Positions 30,216 to 42,230 are shown, numbered from the stretch's first letter. The stretch: 64,000 bases of DNA from Candidatus Adlerbacteria bacterium RIFCSPHIGHO2_12_FULL_53_18 (GCA_001775475.1 MEWW01000010.1:5143-69142); one strand, 5' to 3'. Translations and numbers: made by a program. Notes: generated by a model not told the origin, from the sequence alone.

Positions 30216-30255
30216 GTGTTTTTAAATCTAGCATTTGGTGGTAAAAATAGGAAAC

Positions 30256-30337
30256 GCCCGGGTGGCGGAATCGGTATACGCGCTCGACTTAAGATCGAGT
30301 TCCGTAAGGAATGTGAGTTCGAGTCTCACCCCGGGCA
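30256..30337 (+). tRNA. tRNA-Leu(TAA)
   Basis: CTCGA-CTTAAGA-TCGAG. Confidence 0.95.
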
Positions 30338-30376
30338 CTATCAAAAAAAGAAAATTTGTTGTATTTTATTTGTATT

Positions 30377-30449
30377 CCGCCCATAGCTCAGTTGGTAGAG
30401 CAGCTCCCTCTTAAGGAGACGGTCCGAGGTTCGAATCCTCGTGGGCGGA
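30377..30449 (+). tRNA. tRNA-Lys(CTT)
   Basis: CTCC-CTCTTAA-GGAG. Confidence 0.93.
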
Positions 30450-30459
30450 CCCGCAAAAT

Positions 30460-30541
30460 GCTGGGGTGGCGGAATTGGTATACGCGCCAGTCTTAGGAAC
30501 TGGTGCCGCAAGGCTTGGAGGTTCGAGTCCTCTCCCCAGCA
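30460..30541 (+). tRNA. tRNA-Leu(TAG)
   Basis: CCAGT-CTTAGGA-ACTGG. Confidence 0.95.
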
Positions 30542-30583
30542 CAAAAGTCCTCATTTCACCCTTGTTTTGCAAGGTTTTTTTGC

Positions 30584-30611
30584 TTGACAAAACCGTATAA
30601 AATGATATAAT
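30584..30611 (+). promoter_or_regulatory. Consensus sigma70 promoter for the SPFH gene pair
   Basis: TTGACA-16nt-TATAAT with extended TG. Confidence 0.75.
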
Positions 30612-30672
30612 AACAAACGGACTAGCGGCCTCTGTAGCCGCGTGAAAAATCTGAACCTTGAGAGGTAAGCAA

Positions 30673-31683
30673 ATGTCAGACACTACAATCGTCCCTCCTG
30701 CGACGGAGCCCCCTGCGTGGGTGCAGATGGAACAACAAGTCGAAGAAGCTACCAGGAGCAAGTTGAGTCTTCTTGCAGGAATACTTATCTCGTATTTGCT
30801 GGTGGCTCCGTTTGTCGACTTCCTGCTAGTCAACTGGTGGTTCTTCAGACTTCTCGGTCTGGACGACGCCTTCACAGCCCACATCGTCTTCAACTTGACG
30901 GTGGGGGGTCTCTATCTCGTGTGGGGGCTCGAAGACATCCCAGTCGGCTCTCGCGGAGCCCTTCTTCTGCTTGGGCAGCGTTTACTACGTAGCGGGAGTG
31001 GCTTGAGTGAAGGGTATCAGTGGATACCCAAGCCATTCATGTCGATTCGACCTGTGGACTGCAAACCTAAGTCAGTCGACATCAGCGATGAGGAAGGAGC
31101 CTATGCCAAAGACGGTCCGCTGATGGCTACCAACGGCTTCCAGCGGTACCGTGTGTTTGACCCCTATCGATTCCTCGGGGTTGACGACGTTATTCCCTCA
31201 CTGGAACGTCTGGCTCGCCAATCAGTTCGTATCGAGATGAAGGGAAAGAAAGCCCTGGAAGCTCGCAATGCTGACAAAAAAGACTTCTCGGATCAAGTCG
31301 CAACAACACTCCATGCTCAACTTGATGCCAACGGCAATCCTAACGGGGTCCGCTGGGGCATCAGAACAGGCGTCACAGTCATCGACGACATCTGGGCAGT
31401 CGACCCGAAACTCGAAGCCGCCTGGACGGCAAAAGTTCGAGAAGAAGCGGAAGGAAAAGCGGAGAAGGTCCAGACTAAACGTCGTCTCGAGCAGGTCGAC
31501 ATGTACATCGACAAGAAAGTAGATCCTGACTTGGCGGTGGTGGCGGCTCAAACTGATGTCGAGAAGCCGGGTGCCCGGGTCAACACAGTCAGCATTCCGG
31601 GCCTCTCCAAGGCCTTTGAAGCCATAGCCAAGGCCCTTGAGAACGGTCTCAAGAACTTGGGTACAGGGAGGGGTGAGCGATGA
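30673..31683 (+). CDS. SPFH/band-7 domain membrane protein
   Basis: Two TMs, IPVGSRGALLLLGQR, LSEGYQW, YRVFDP, RWGI...VIDDI. Confidence 0.8.
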   Translation: MSDTTIVPPATEPPAWVQMEQQVEEATRSKLSLLAGILISYLLVAPFVDFLLVNWWFFRLLGLDDAFTAHIVFNLTVGGLYLVWGLEDIPVGSRGALLLLGQRLLRSGSGLSEGYQWIPKPFMSIRPVDCKPKSVDISDEEGAYAKDGPLMATNGFQRYRVFDPYRFLGVDDVIPSLERLARQSVRIEMKGKKALEARNADKKDFSDQVATTLHAQLDANGNPNGVRWGIRTGVTVIDDIWAVDPKLEAAWTAKVREEAEGKAEKVQTKRRLEQVDMYIDKKVDPDLAVVAAQTDVEKPGARVNTVSIPGLSKAFEAIAKALENGLKNLGTGRGER

Positions 31684-32153
31684 ACAAATGGCGCATTGGC
31701 GGTTGGATAGCTGGCATCGGAATAATGATGCTTGTTGTCGTCAGCATCATTCACTGGGTTGGTGGCCCTCCAGCTACGCAATTGGCCGGCACTCCACCCG
31801 CCGGCCAGTACACCTCGTCGCCCCCTGTGGCAAAGGCGAACATGGTGGATCTCGACTTAGAGTGCTACCGGCCATGGCACGATCAGCCTATCAGTGGGGA
31901 CCCCAAGAAACCCACTCGCATTAACCCCAGAGGCAACTGCGACTGGACGGTCAAGACGCCTGGCAAGTGTGTAATGGCCAAGCGTACTGACCGGGTCGGA
32001 GACAATGCGTGGTATGGCCCTATCTGCGACTACGAGATTGTCGGTGTGGAGCGAGTTGAAGCTCCGCTTGATGTGGAGTGGATCTACGCAGCAGACGAAA
32101 AAGGAAAGCCCGTTGAAGGCTTTACTGCTCTGGCACGGCTTCGGTCGAACTGA
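31680..32153 (+). CDS. Hypothetical membrane-anchored Cys-containing protein
   Basis: ATGA overlap with the SPFH gene; N-terminal TM. Confidence 0.75.
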   Translation: MNKWRIGGWIAGIGIMMLVVVSIIHWVGGPPATQLAGTPPAGQYTSSPPVAKANMVDLDLECYRPWHDQPISGDPKKPTRINPRGNCDWTVKTPGKCVMAKRTDRVGDNAWYGPICDYEIVGVERVEAPLDVEWIYAADEKGKPVEGFTALARLRSN

Positions 32154-32214
32154 TCTTTACGAAATAATGGGCGCGACGGGTTTCTCAACCCGCCGCGCTC
32201 TTCTTCTTTTATAT

Positions 32215-32490
32215 TTATCGTATGCCCTTTAACTCTACGTTCGCTCCCACGGCGTTGATTATGATAAGCACTATTGCAGAGGCTATAACCATGACGAACA
32301 TCCCAACCATACCCCAGAGCATGTGTTTTTTACCACGCTCCCTGGCATCGGTTTCGGCATTAAGGCCGTAGAGAAACTCCACCAGCCCAAAGACAAATAT
32401 CAAAAGCCCGACGGCAAAAACCAGAAGCATTATCGGGTCTATGACGTAGTCGACAACGAGCCTGCGGAGATCTACGAGATCATCCCTCAT
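32215..32490 (-). CDS. VirB2/TrbC-like pilin
   Basis: FVFGLVEFL...ERGKKHMLWGMVGMFVM. Confidence 0.8.
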   Translation of the reverse strand: MRDDLVDLRRLVVDYVIDPIMLLVFAVGLLIFVFGLVEFLYGLNAETDARERGKKHMLWGMVGMFVMVIASAIVLIIINAVGANVELKGIR

Positions 32491-32498
32491 GAGAGCTG

Positions 32499-32861
32499 TT
32501 ATCTGGGTGTATTAGGTGCCTGTAGATTTTGTTCAGCGTCCCGGTTGGATTGGATATTAAGCACGCCTTGTGCAAGGCGGATAATGCCCCACACCGACAC
32601 CATCACGAAGAGGCCTACCAAGCCGGCAATCATAATCTTCTTACCCGTCTCTGCCTCCGGCTTGCGTATGTACTGAACCAAACCCCAAAAAAATACTATG
32701 AGACCGAATGCTATGAGGATAGGAATGACATTATCGAGAAGATCTCGCGTACCCCCCACAAGAGACTGAAAGTAGCCAAAATTGATTGCCCCTGTCCCGC
32801 CTTGTGCAGATGCTAGTAAAGGGAACAGGCCGAGTGAACCAGCGATTATGGTCTTTTTCAT
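32499..32861 (-). CDS. VirB2/TrbC-like pilin
   Basis: Signal peptide ending ASAQ; FFWGLVQYI...GKKIMIAGLVGLFVMVSVWGII. Confidence 0.82.
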   Translation of the reverse strand: MKKTIIAGSLGLFPLLASAQGGTGAINFGYFQSLVGGTRDLLDNVIPILIAFGLIVFFWGLVQYIRKPEAETGKKIMIAGLVGLFVMVSVWGIIRLAQGVLNIQSNRDAEQNLQAPNTPR

Positions 32862-32932
32862 AAAAAATTTATTATATATCCACTTTAACAGCTGGGGAGT
32901 CGAACTCAAGACTGCAGTGTGGATAGTCGCAT

Positions 32933-33229
32933 CTACACTTCGAGTATCTCCACGGTGTTGCCGCGCTCCTCTTCGTAGCGCTCGTTGGTGTAAGGTACTA
33001 GCTGCTTAAATATGTTGATGATCCCCCAGATAGAAAAAAGGATAAAAAGTGCCAAAAGGCCCCAACCCATAGCCCTGCGCTCCTCGCTTTTGCCGTGTGC
33101 GTCGCCCGCCTTGGCTATGTAGCGCACTACGATTATAAGAAAAAGGACCAGCACCACCCCTCCCAAAGTCGAGACGGTGAGGTCAATAAAATCGACTATC
33201 GGGTATACAATATCGTCCCTCAAATTCAT
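32933..33229 (-). CDS. VirB2/TrbC-like pilin
   Basis: VRYIAKAGD...MGWGLLALFILFSIWGII. Confidence 0.8.
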   Translation of the reverse strand: MNLRDDIVYPIVDFIDLTVSTLGGVVLVLFLIIVVRYIAKAGDAHGKSEERRAMGWGLLALFILFSIWGIINIFKQLVPYTNERYEEERGNTVEILEV

Positions 33230-33654
33230 ATGTCGATGTTAAGCCGCGCCAGCGTCCCCACGATTACCTCAGTGATAAGCCATGCGCCAAAAAAGACGGC
33301 AATACCCACCACGGTGTAAAGCAAATTGGTCTTAGCTTTGTCAAGTTCGGTAGGATTGCCGCGCGCCCAGACAAAACGAAAGCCTGCGATAACGATAAAA
33401 AGTACCGCTACAGGGAGACCTATGATAAATGTACCATCGAGTATGGCTTTAATAAGTTCAGGAAATGAATCAATATCTCCGAGAGGGTTGGAGAGTTTTA
33501 CAAAATTGCTATTACTACTGCCGCCACCTATTCCCCCGTCACTCCCACCCCCTAACCCTCCATCCGACCCTCCACCGATGGCCGCTATAGATACGAAAGG
33601 AAAGCAGACAAAAGTAACGAAGAGAAAAACAAAAAAAATATATTTTCCTTTCAT
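33226..33654 (-). CDS. VirB2/TrbC-like pilin with Gly-rich repeat
   Basis: LSNPL, IAGFRFVWARGNPTELDKAK; GGGSDGG twice. Confidence 0.82.
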   Translation of the reverse strand: MKGKYIFFVFLFVTFVCFPFVSIAAIGGGSDGGLGGGSDGGIGGGSSNSNFVKLSNPLGDIDSFPELIKAILDGTFIIGLPVAVLFIVIAGFRFVWARGNPTELDKAKTNLLYTVVGIAVFFGAWLITEVIVGTLARLNIDI

Positions 33655-33657
33655 ACT

Positions 33658-34947
33658 TTATCTCCCTACAAGTTGCCGCAGCCCCTGGGCGGCGGTGTTG
33701 ACAGCGTTTGCGGGCTCGGCACCGCCGCTTATCACCGATTCTATCATGGCCTGAAAGATGTCATCGGTGGCCTCTGGCTCTGGGTCGAGCCAGCCGCGTG
33801 CGATAAGCGCTGCCCCGGCAAACACGCCTGCCGCGGCATTTGCCGAGGTATCAAACACAACATCGCGGCGCACGGGCGGCAGCCCTGTTGCCTGTGCCAC
33901 CAGTGCGATAGTCTCTGCACTCACAAGCTTTTCCGCAATGATTGCCGCGCCTTCGATATTGCGGGCGGAGCGCGGGATAGCGAGCCCTGTCATCCGACCG
34001 AAGGTGGCACTTGAGAGTGCGCCTTCAACCTGCGGCACCTGCGCTACGGAAAAGCGCAGGTTGGGGTTGCGTGCCGCGATAGCGTTAAACTCGCTTACAA
34101 AACCGAAGTACAAGGCCACGTCGCCGGCAACAAAAGCGTTGGTGGAAAGAGGGAGGCCCCTGTTCCACGAGTAGGTGGTTTTAGTGGGGTTGGCAAAGTC
34201 GGTATAAAACCGCAGCGCCGAAGGCGCATCAGCCGAGCCGCCGCCTGTTGCAGAGCCTAAAACCGGCAAGAGTGCGCCGTCCTCTCCGCGCACGACTACC
34301 CGGTCGCCCGCCTGCATAAAGAGAGTTGAGAGTATTTCCTTAGCGTGCGCGACGTTGCTCCACGTGCCAAGTGCCACGGCGCTCTTGGTTATGTTGGAGC
34401 GGTCGAGCGCGGTCACCTTGGGCGCCACAGCGAGGAGCTCGTTCCAGTAGCGCGGCGGCTCGCCCAACCCAGCAGTCGCAAGCAAGTCGCGGTTCCAGTA
34501 CATAACCAGGGGGTCGATAGTAAATGGCAGAGCAAGCTCACCCTGCGTGGTTAAAAACAGCTCGCTCTCGTCGACAAATGAGTTAAGGAAGACGTTTTGC
34601 GACACGAGCCGATACGGGATCGTAATGATTTTGTCGGAAAATGAGTGGAGCTTGTCGCTATCTATCAAAAAAAGGTCGGGCCCCGTGCCTGCGGCCATGG
34701 CGTTGAGAAGCTCGGTGTCGTAGGTGGCCGGGTTTTTCTCTGTATAGGAAACATCCTGAAATGTTTCGTCGGCGTTTCGGAGCGAGGTCAACACATTGTT
34801 CATCATCGTCCCGTCGAGCGTACCCCAGATAACCACCTGTCCGGTGCCGCCACCGCCAAGCACACCACCAAAGGAAGCAAACACGCCAACGCCTATGAGT
34901 ATAAGTGCGGCGCAGACGCCAAGAACGATGATCTGAAAGGTCGACAT
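33658..34947 (-). CDS. Extracellular solute-binding protein (family 1-like)
   Basis: VVIWG, AGTGPDLF, DPLVMYWNRDLL, PPRYWNEL, AFVAGDVALYFG. Confidence 0.85.
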   Translation of the reverse strand: MSTFQIIVLGVCAALILIGVGVFASFGGVLGGGGTGQVVIWGTLDGTMMNNVLTSLRNADETFQDVSYTEKNPATYDTELLNAMAAGTGPDLFLIDSDKLHSFSDKIITIPYRLVSQNVFLNSFVDESELFLTTQGELALPFTIDPLVMYWNRDLLATAGLGEPPRYWNELLAVAPKVTALDRSNITKSAVALGTWSNVAHAKEILSTLFMQAGDRVVVRGEDGALLPVLGSATGGGSADAPSALRFYTDFANPTKTTYSWNRGLPLSTNAFVAGDVALYFGFVSEFNAIAARNPNLRFSVAQVPQVEGALSSATFGRMTGLAIPRSARNIEGAAIIAEKLVSAETIALVAQATGLPPVRRDVVFDTSANAAAGVFAGAALIARGWLDPEPEATDDIFQAMIESVISGGAEPANAVNTAAQGLRQLVGR

Positions 34948-34972
34948 CTCGTTTGTTTAATAATGCGCTTGA

Positions 34973-35515
34973 TTAAGACTTTTTCCTAACGACAAATCCC
35001 CAATGGTAGAGGCCTGCCGGCACCTCTTCGACATAGGCAAAGCCTTGAGTTTCAAAAAGTGCGCGTGCGGCGGCCGCAGTTATTACGTGGTCTGTATGCG
35101 GCCCTAAGCCCCCAAAGGAGCCCGCCCAGTCCACCACAAGCGCGCGGCCGCCGCGCTTTAAGACCCGTTTTATCTCCGCGACACACTCACCCCGGTGCTC
35201 AAGCCCAAAAAGCAGGTTTGCTGCAACACAGAAGTCAAAATGGTTCTCCGGCAGGTTGCTGCCCCCCACCGCCTCGACATCGCCGTGGATAACCTCAACG
35301 TTGTGCAGGCCCTCTGCGAGGGCTAGCGTTTTAATCCGCGGCAGAAGCTCCCGATGGATATCAACCGCCCACACCACTCCTCCGTCACCAACCTCGCGCG
35401 CTAAGGCGCGCGTAAAAAAGCCCGACCCAGCGCCAAAGTCGGCCACAACCATACCCTCGTGCACCTTGGCACTAAGCAGTGTCTTATGCGGGTTGAGGAA
35501 AGAGCTCTCGCTCAT
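34973..35515 (-). CDS. Class I SAM-dependent methyltransferase
   Basis: VADFGAGSGFF, VWAVDI, RVLKRGGRALVVDW. Confidence 0.88.
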   Translation of the reverse strand: MSESSFLNPHKTLLSAKVHEGMVVADFGAGSGFFTRALAREVGDGGVVWAVDIHRELLPRIKTLALAEGLHNVEVIHGDVEAVGGSNLPENHFDFCVAANLLFGLEHRGECVAEIKRVLKRGGRALVVDWAGSFGGLGPHTDHVITAAAARALFETQGFAYVEEVPAGLYHWGFVVRKKS

Positions 35516-35606
35516 CGTTTGTATTATAACGCCCTTTTTGTTACCGTGACTGCGGACGAACACGGCCATACATAATGTGTGGCTATCTGAACCGGAGGAA
35601 AGTTAC

Positions 35607-37025
35607 ATGGAGATGGAACTTAACGCACTGACCGCACTAAGCCCGGTGGACGGGAGGTATCGGCGCCACATCGTAGACCTGGTACCTCACATGAGCGAAT
35701 ATGGCCTTATCCGGGCGCGCCTCGAGGTACTTATCGAGTACCTGATAACGTTTTCTGAACATCGTGATACACCGCTGCGAGCATTTACGCCGACGGAGTA
35801 CAAGATGCTCAACGAGTTCAAGAAGGTGTCGGTTGAAAATGCCGCCATCATCAATAAAATCGAAACGCAGGGATATAAGGACATCAAGGCAACCAACCAC
35901 GATGTGGTCGCGGCGATCAAGTATCTGCGCATGGTGCTTCAAGGCACTTCGCTTGGCGATATCGTCGAGTGGGTGCACTTTGGCCGTACCTCGGAGGACG
36001 TTAATAACCTTGCCTACGCGCTCATGCTGCGGCGGGCAGCAAGCGTCCTCTTGGCAGAGGTTATTGCGGTGCGGGATGCACTGCGAAGCTTTGCCCTGCA
36101 GTATGCCGCACTTCCGATGCTTGGGCGTACTCACGGCCAACCCGCAACCCCAACGACACTCGGCAAAGAATTCAACGTGTTTGCCGAGCGCCTTACGAAG
36201 CACATCTTCAAGCTGCGGCAATTCGAACTCTTGGTGAAATGTAATGGGGCGAGCGGCAACTACAGTGCCGACGTGAAAGCGCTCCCCAAGGTCGAGTGGA
36301 TCAGCTTTACCTACGACTTTGTTCTGCGACTCAACAAAATATCTGCAGAAGAGAGATTGCTGCCCTTCGTCGTGAACGAGGTGACAACGCAAATCGAGCC
36401 CCATGACACCTACGCCGAGTTCTTCGGCATCTTCATGCGGATCAACACAATCCTGATCGGACTTTCACAGGATGTATGGCGTTACATCAGCGACGACTGG
36501 TTGATGCAAAAAACAGTCGAGGGCGAAGTTGGCTCCTCGGCCATGCCGCAGAAGGTCAACCCGATCGACGACGAGAACGCTGAAGGAAACTTGGGGTTGT
36601 CGAACGCGATGTTGGAATTTTTCTGTAGAAAGCTCCCCATCTCGCGCCTGCAGCGGGATCTCTCGGACTCCACGGTTGAGCGTGCGTTTGGGATGGCGCT
36701 CGGACACTCCCTCATCGGTTACAAGGCCCTGCTGAAGGGGCTTGGCAAGATCTCGGCCGACCAGGCCAAGATAATCACTGAACTTGAAAATCGTCCTGAA
36801 GTGCTCGCGGAGGCCATACAAACCATATTACGTCGCGAAGGCGTAAGCGGTGGATATGACCTCCTCAAGGAGGAAACTCGAGGCAAACCGGTGTCTCTTG
36901 CGAGTTTGCACAAAAGGATCGACTCGCTTGATATCCCGGAGGCCGTAAAGGAGGAGTTGCGAGCCTTAAAGCCCTCGAACTTTACGGGGCTTGCCGTGGC
37001 GCTGGCGGCCAGGTTCACCGACTAA
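35607..37025 (+). CDS. purB: Adenylosuccinate lyase
   Basis: ALSPVDGRY, TNHDV, HFGRTSEDVNN, RTHGQPATPTT, GSSAMPQKVNP, SRLQRDLSDST; SD GGAGG. Confidence 0.96.
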   Translation: MEMELNALTALSPVDGRYRRHIVDLVPHMSEYGLIRARLEVLIEYLITFSEHRDTPLRAFTPTEYKMLNEFKKVSVENAAIINKIETQGYKDIKATNHDVVAAIKYLRMVLQGTSLGDIVEWVHFGRTSEDVNNLAYALMLRRAASVLLAEVIAVRDALRSFALQYAALPMLGRTHGQPATPTTLGKEFNVFAERLTKHIFKLRQFELLVKCNGASGNYSADVKALPKVEWISFTYDFVLRLNKISAEERLLPFVVNEVTTQIEPHDTYAEFFGIFMRINTILIGLSQDVWRYISDDWLMQKTVEGEVGSSAMPQKVNPIDDENAEGNLGLSNAMLEFFCRKLPISRLQRDLSDSTVERAFGMALGHSLIGYKALLKGLGKISADQAKIITELENRPEVLAEAIQTILRREGVSGGYDLLKEETRGKPVSLASLHKRIDSLDIPEAVKEELRALKPSNFTGLAVALAARFTD

Positions 37026-37075
37026 CGAAAAAGGCCCCCCGCGAGACCATCCGCGGGGGCACTCATTTTTTAATA

Positions 37076-37219
37076 TTAGGAGCGGTCGACTACCACCGAA
37101 GCTGGCTCGCCAGACTGATTGGTTAGGATATGCGTGCCCCAGAAGGAGTACAGGGAGATGACCACCGCGGCTACCATAACCGCGCCTAAGACATCTTTGT
37201 TGGCCCTGACCTTCATCAT
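37076..37219 (-). CDS. Small 47-aa single-TM protein
   Basis: MMKVRANKDVLGAVMVAAVVISLYSFWGTHILTNQSGEPASVVVDRS. Confidence 0.55.
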   Translation of the reverse strand: MMKVRANKDVLGAVMVAAVVISLYSFWGTHILTNQSGEPASVVVDRS

Positions 37220-37270
37220 ATATAGAGGTATAACGCACGAGCAAGCTGTTTCTTACAAGAACCCCTAGTT

Positions 37271-37437
37271 AAAAGAAAAAGAGCGCCCAACTTCAAAGCG
37301 CTCAGGTTATCTGCTTCGACCCACCTATTACAGGCTCAAGGGGCCTAGATGGGGTTAGTCGTTGACCTACGTGGCGTACCGGCTTCGGAGGGCTCGGTCG
37401 TGGTGGCCAACGTCGAAGCATATGAAAACTGCGCTCT
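37271..37437 (-). ncRNA. Candidate structured RNA with terminator
   Basis: 9-bp stem TGCTTCGAC/GTCGAAGCA enclosing two sub-hairpins; GAGCGC/GCGCTC terminator with T-run on the minus strand. Confidence 0.4.
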
Positions 37438-37455
37438 ACATTACAGAATAAGTTA

Positions 37456-37806
37456 TTATTCCTTTAATGTCACCAGATGCAGGTGAAAGTGTTTAGGTAT
37501 CGACTTCTTTTTATAGACCGCCTCTATGACGTAGTCGTAGGTGTCGTTAATGTAAGAATGCTTTATCTCGCGTAACTCTTCTAACTCCTCGGCGGTAAGC
37601 TCGTGCTCCGTGATATGCCGCAGAGGTACCACCATGTCGTGCGCTCCAGCCACACGGTCGTAAGGAAAGTCATTTGAGACTATTTTCCAATACGTAAAGG
37701 TTTTACGTGCCGTGTCGCGACACAGTGGACAGCCGTTATCGAGGCCCCCTGCTTTAATGTAGTCCTGATATTTTTGCTCGCCTTCCGGCGTCCGTAAGGT
37801 AGCCAT
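37456..37806 (-). CDS. HIT-family protein
   Basis: CPLC, NDFPYD, HDMVVPLRH, HFHLHL. Confidence 0.82.
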   Translation of the reverse strand: MATLRTPEGEQKYQDYIKAGGLDNGCPLCRDTARKTFTYWKIVSNDFPYDRVAGAHDMVVPLRHITEHELTAEELEELREIKHSYINDTYDYVIEAVYKKKSIPKHFHLHLVTLKE

Positions 37807-37894
37807 AACCAGAGCAGTATACCAATAAAAATCCCCGCCCGCGGTCGTGCGCCGCGGGCGGGGATGGGTAAAATCGTCATGGCTGTCGGAACAG

Positions 37895-38110
37895 CTAGAT
37901 GAATATTCCCAAAAAGTTGCACCAACTCCCCTTCGGGACCGTGCCGAAACGAGCGTCGTAGTTCTCGTGAGCGTCTTTGTAGTCCTTGCCCACGGAACAA
38001 CTACTGTTGTCGATATTATAGAGAAGGTATTGACCCTGCTGTCCGTCCTTCAGGGCTTCGCGCAGTTCGTTGAAGTCCTTCTCGACCTCTGGCGGTACTG
38101 GTGCTGACAT
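37895..38110 (-). CDS. Small hypothetical protein
   Basis: MSAPVPPEVEK...; SD-like GGGAG; own terminator. Confidence 0.55.
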   Translation of the reverse strand: MSAPVPPEVEKDFNELREALKDGQQGQYLLYNIDNSSCSVGKDYKDAHENYDARFGTVPKGSWCNFLGIFI

Positions 38111-38206
38111 CTTGGTTGCTCCCAGGTTCGATTCCTGCGACACCTTACCACAATACCTCCTCAAAATCTTACCATTTGGCAAGGGTGTCGCATTGCCATG
38201 GGCTTA

Positions 38207-38593
38207 TCAATTTCTTAAGTTCTTTACTAGAACAAATATTGAAGCTCCGGTAAAAGCAATATCTGCCAACAGATAGAACCAAATACTTGACGCTACAGAT
38301 CCACCGGTAACATACACCCTAATGATTAGTAGAAAACTCAGAATGGTGAAGAGTGATAACCCGATCGCGAGAGAAAAAGCAAGAGAAAGGGGCATTTTCT
38401 TTCTTCCTAAAAACATGTCCATAGGGCTAGTGTAAAGTTCAGCAAATTCTTCATACTTCTCTCCAAAATTGTTTTTTATCCCTTTCCTTCTATTTCTGAT
38501 TGCTGTAATTGATAGACCTATAACTGCAATTAGTATAAAAGAGAAAGAAACTATATTCACTATTGAAGAAAAATCGAGAAGTTGAAAATTCAT
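38207..38593 (-). CDS. Hypothetical 3-TM membrane protein (AT-rich)
   Basis: 128-aa ORF with hydrophobic segments. Confidence 0.7.
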   Translation of the reverse strand: MNFQLLDFSSIVNIVSFSFILIAVIGLSITAIRNRRKGIKNNFGEKYEEFAELYTSPMDMFLGRKKMPLSLAFSLAIGLSLFTILSFLLIIRVYVTGGSVASSIWFYLLADIAFTGASIFVLVKNLRN

Positions 38594-38599
38594 GCAATT

Positions 38600-41068
<2,469 letters not shown>

Positions 41069-41071
41069 AGG

Positions 41072-41278
41072 TTACTCCTGCACCGCTTCAAGCGCCGAGG
41101 CGGCGTTGCTTGTGCCCTCGTTTACCACTGCGGGCACCGCGCCCCCAAGCCGGACACCAAGCGTAGCAAGCCACGCTATAAACAGCAGGCCGGTCACGAT
41201 TGCCGCAATGCGCATAGCGACTTGTCGTCGCTCGTGCGGCGTGTGGGTGTCTTGGATGTTTTCTATATATCTGCGCAT
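41072..41278 (-). CDS. Small single-TM hypothetical protein
   Basis: 68 aa, tightly packed between the MBL gene and gyrA. Confidence 0.65.
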   Translation of the reverse strand: MRRYIENIQDTHTPHERRQVAMRIAAIVTGLLFIAWLATLGVRLGGAVPAVVNEGTSNAASALEAVQE

Positions 41279-41283
41279 AGGGT

Positions 41284-41901
41284 TTATGACTGCAAGACCA
41301 CTATCTCGTCTTCTTTGCCCTCCAGGTCTTTGCGCTTTACCGTAAGCTTGTCTATCGGTTTAACATCCTCGCCCGCTTCTTTAAGAAAGCGCTTGAGCTG
41401 CTCCTCCGTATAGTGCATCGGGATCACCACCTTAGGCTCCAATTGTACCGCAAGCGCGTAGGCTTGGCTGTAGTCTAAAACCCCTTCGCCTCCAATCGGC
41501 ACAAACAGGATATCAATGTCGTCGAGACCCTCTATAGCTTCTTTCGAGAGCTGGTCGGTGCCAAGTGCGCCTAAAAATGCCAAGTTCATGCCCTCAAGCA
41601 AGATACTGTAAATTGTGTTGATACTCTTCTCTCCCCCGTAGGTGCTCTCGGATGCAAAGCCACGCACCGCAACTCCCTTAACCTCATATTCGCCGGGGCC
41701 GGTTATTACAAACGGCGCCCGCTCGCCAAAGCCCACTTGCTCAATACCGTTAAAGTCTTCATGGTCCAAGGTTGTGAGCACGATGTCGGAGCCAAACTTC
41801 GGGGCTTTAAGCGAAGAGTCTTTAGACGGCGGGTTTATGGCTATAGTGAGGTCACCCTGGGTGACCTTAAAGCACTCGCCGCCGAGGTAGGTTATTACCA
41901 T
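41284..41901 (-). CDS. MBL-fold metallo-hydrolase-like protein
   Basis: ITYLG..CF, GPGEYEVKG, DILFVPIGG, VIPMHY. Confidence 0.85.
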   Translation of the reverse strand: MVITYLGGECFKVTQGDLTIAINPPSKDSSLKAPKFGSDIVLTTLDHEDFNGIEQVGFGERAPFVITGPGEYEVKGVAVRGFASESTYGGEKSINTIYSILLEGMNLAFLGALGTDQLSKEAIEGLDDIDILFVPIGGEGVLDYSQAYALAVQLEPKVVIPMHYTEEQLKRFLKEAGEDVKPIDKLTVKRKDLEGKEDEIVVLQS

Positions 41902-42008
41902 AATGTACCCTTAATTATAGCATTATTTGGTACATTTTAAAAGCGTGATAAAGTCTACCGATGCGCCTTTTTTAGGGTGGCAAAAGTTCTACGAGGAGAC
42001 GGAATGCG

Positions 42009-42230
42009 ATGAAGAAGGATGACAAGAAATTGGATAAACCTTTTCTCGACAAATATCCTCAAAATGTGCGGCGATTTGGGCGGAAAAGGGTTCCAAAACA
42101 GATGACCGACCTCACCAAGTCGCCAGACCAGCAGCGGCAAGGTCCGCACCCAAAAGGGGTTATAGGCGAAGGTGATGCCGGATGGGATTTGGAAGAACAC
42201 GATCCCAAACCTGTTCTCCGTACCTGGTGA
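42009..42230 (+). CDS. Small hypothetical protein
   Basis: SD GAGGAG; terminator GGCTCGCGC/GCGCGAGCC at about 42250-42277. Confidence 0.5.
   Translation: MKKDDKKLDKPFLDKYPQNVRRFGRKRVPKQMTDLTKSPDQQRQGPHPKGVIGEGDAGWDLEEHDPKPVLRTW

Noticed and set aside
33520-33580. GGGSDGG repeat in a pilin as a DNA repeat or variable locus
   Set aside because: The codons differ between units, so it is a protein-level linker only.
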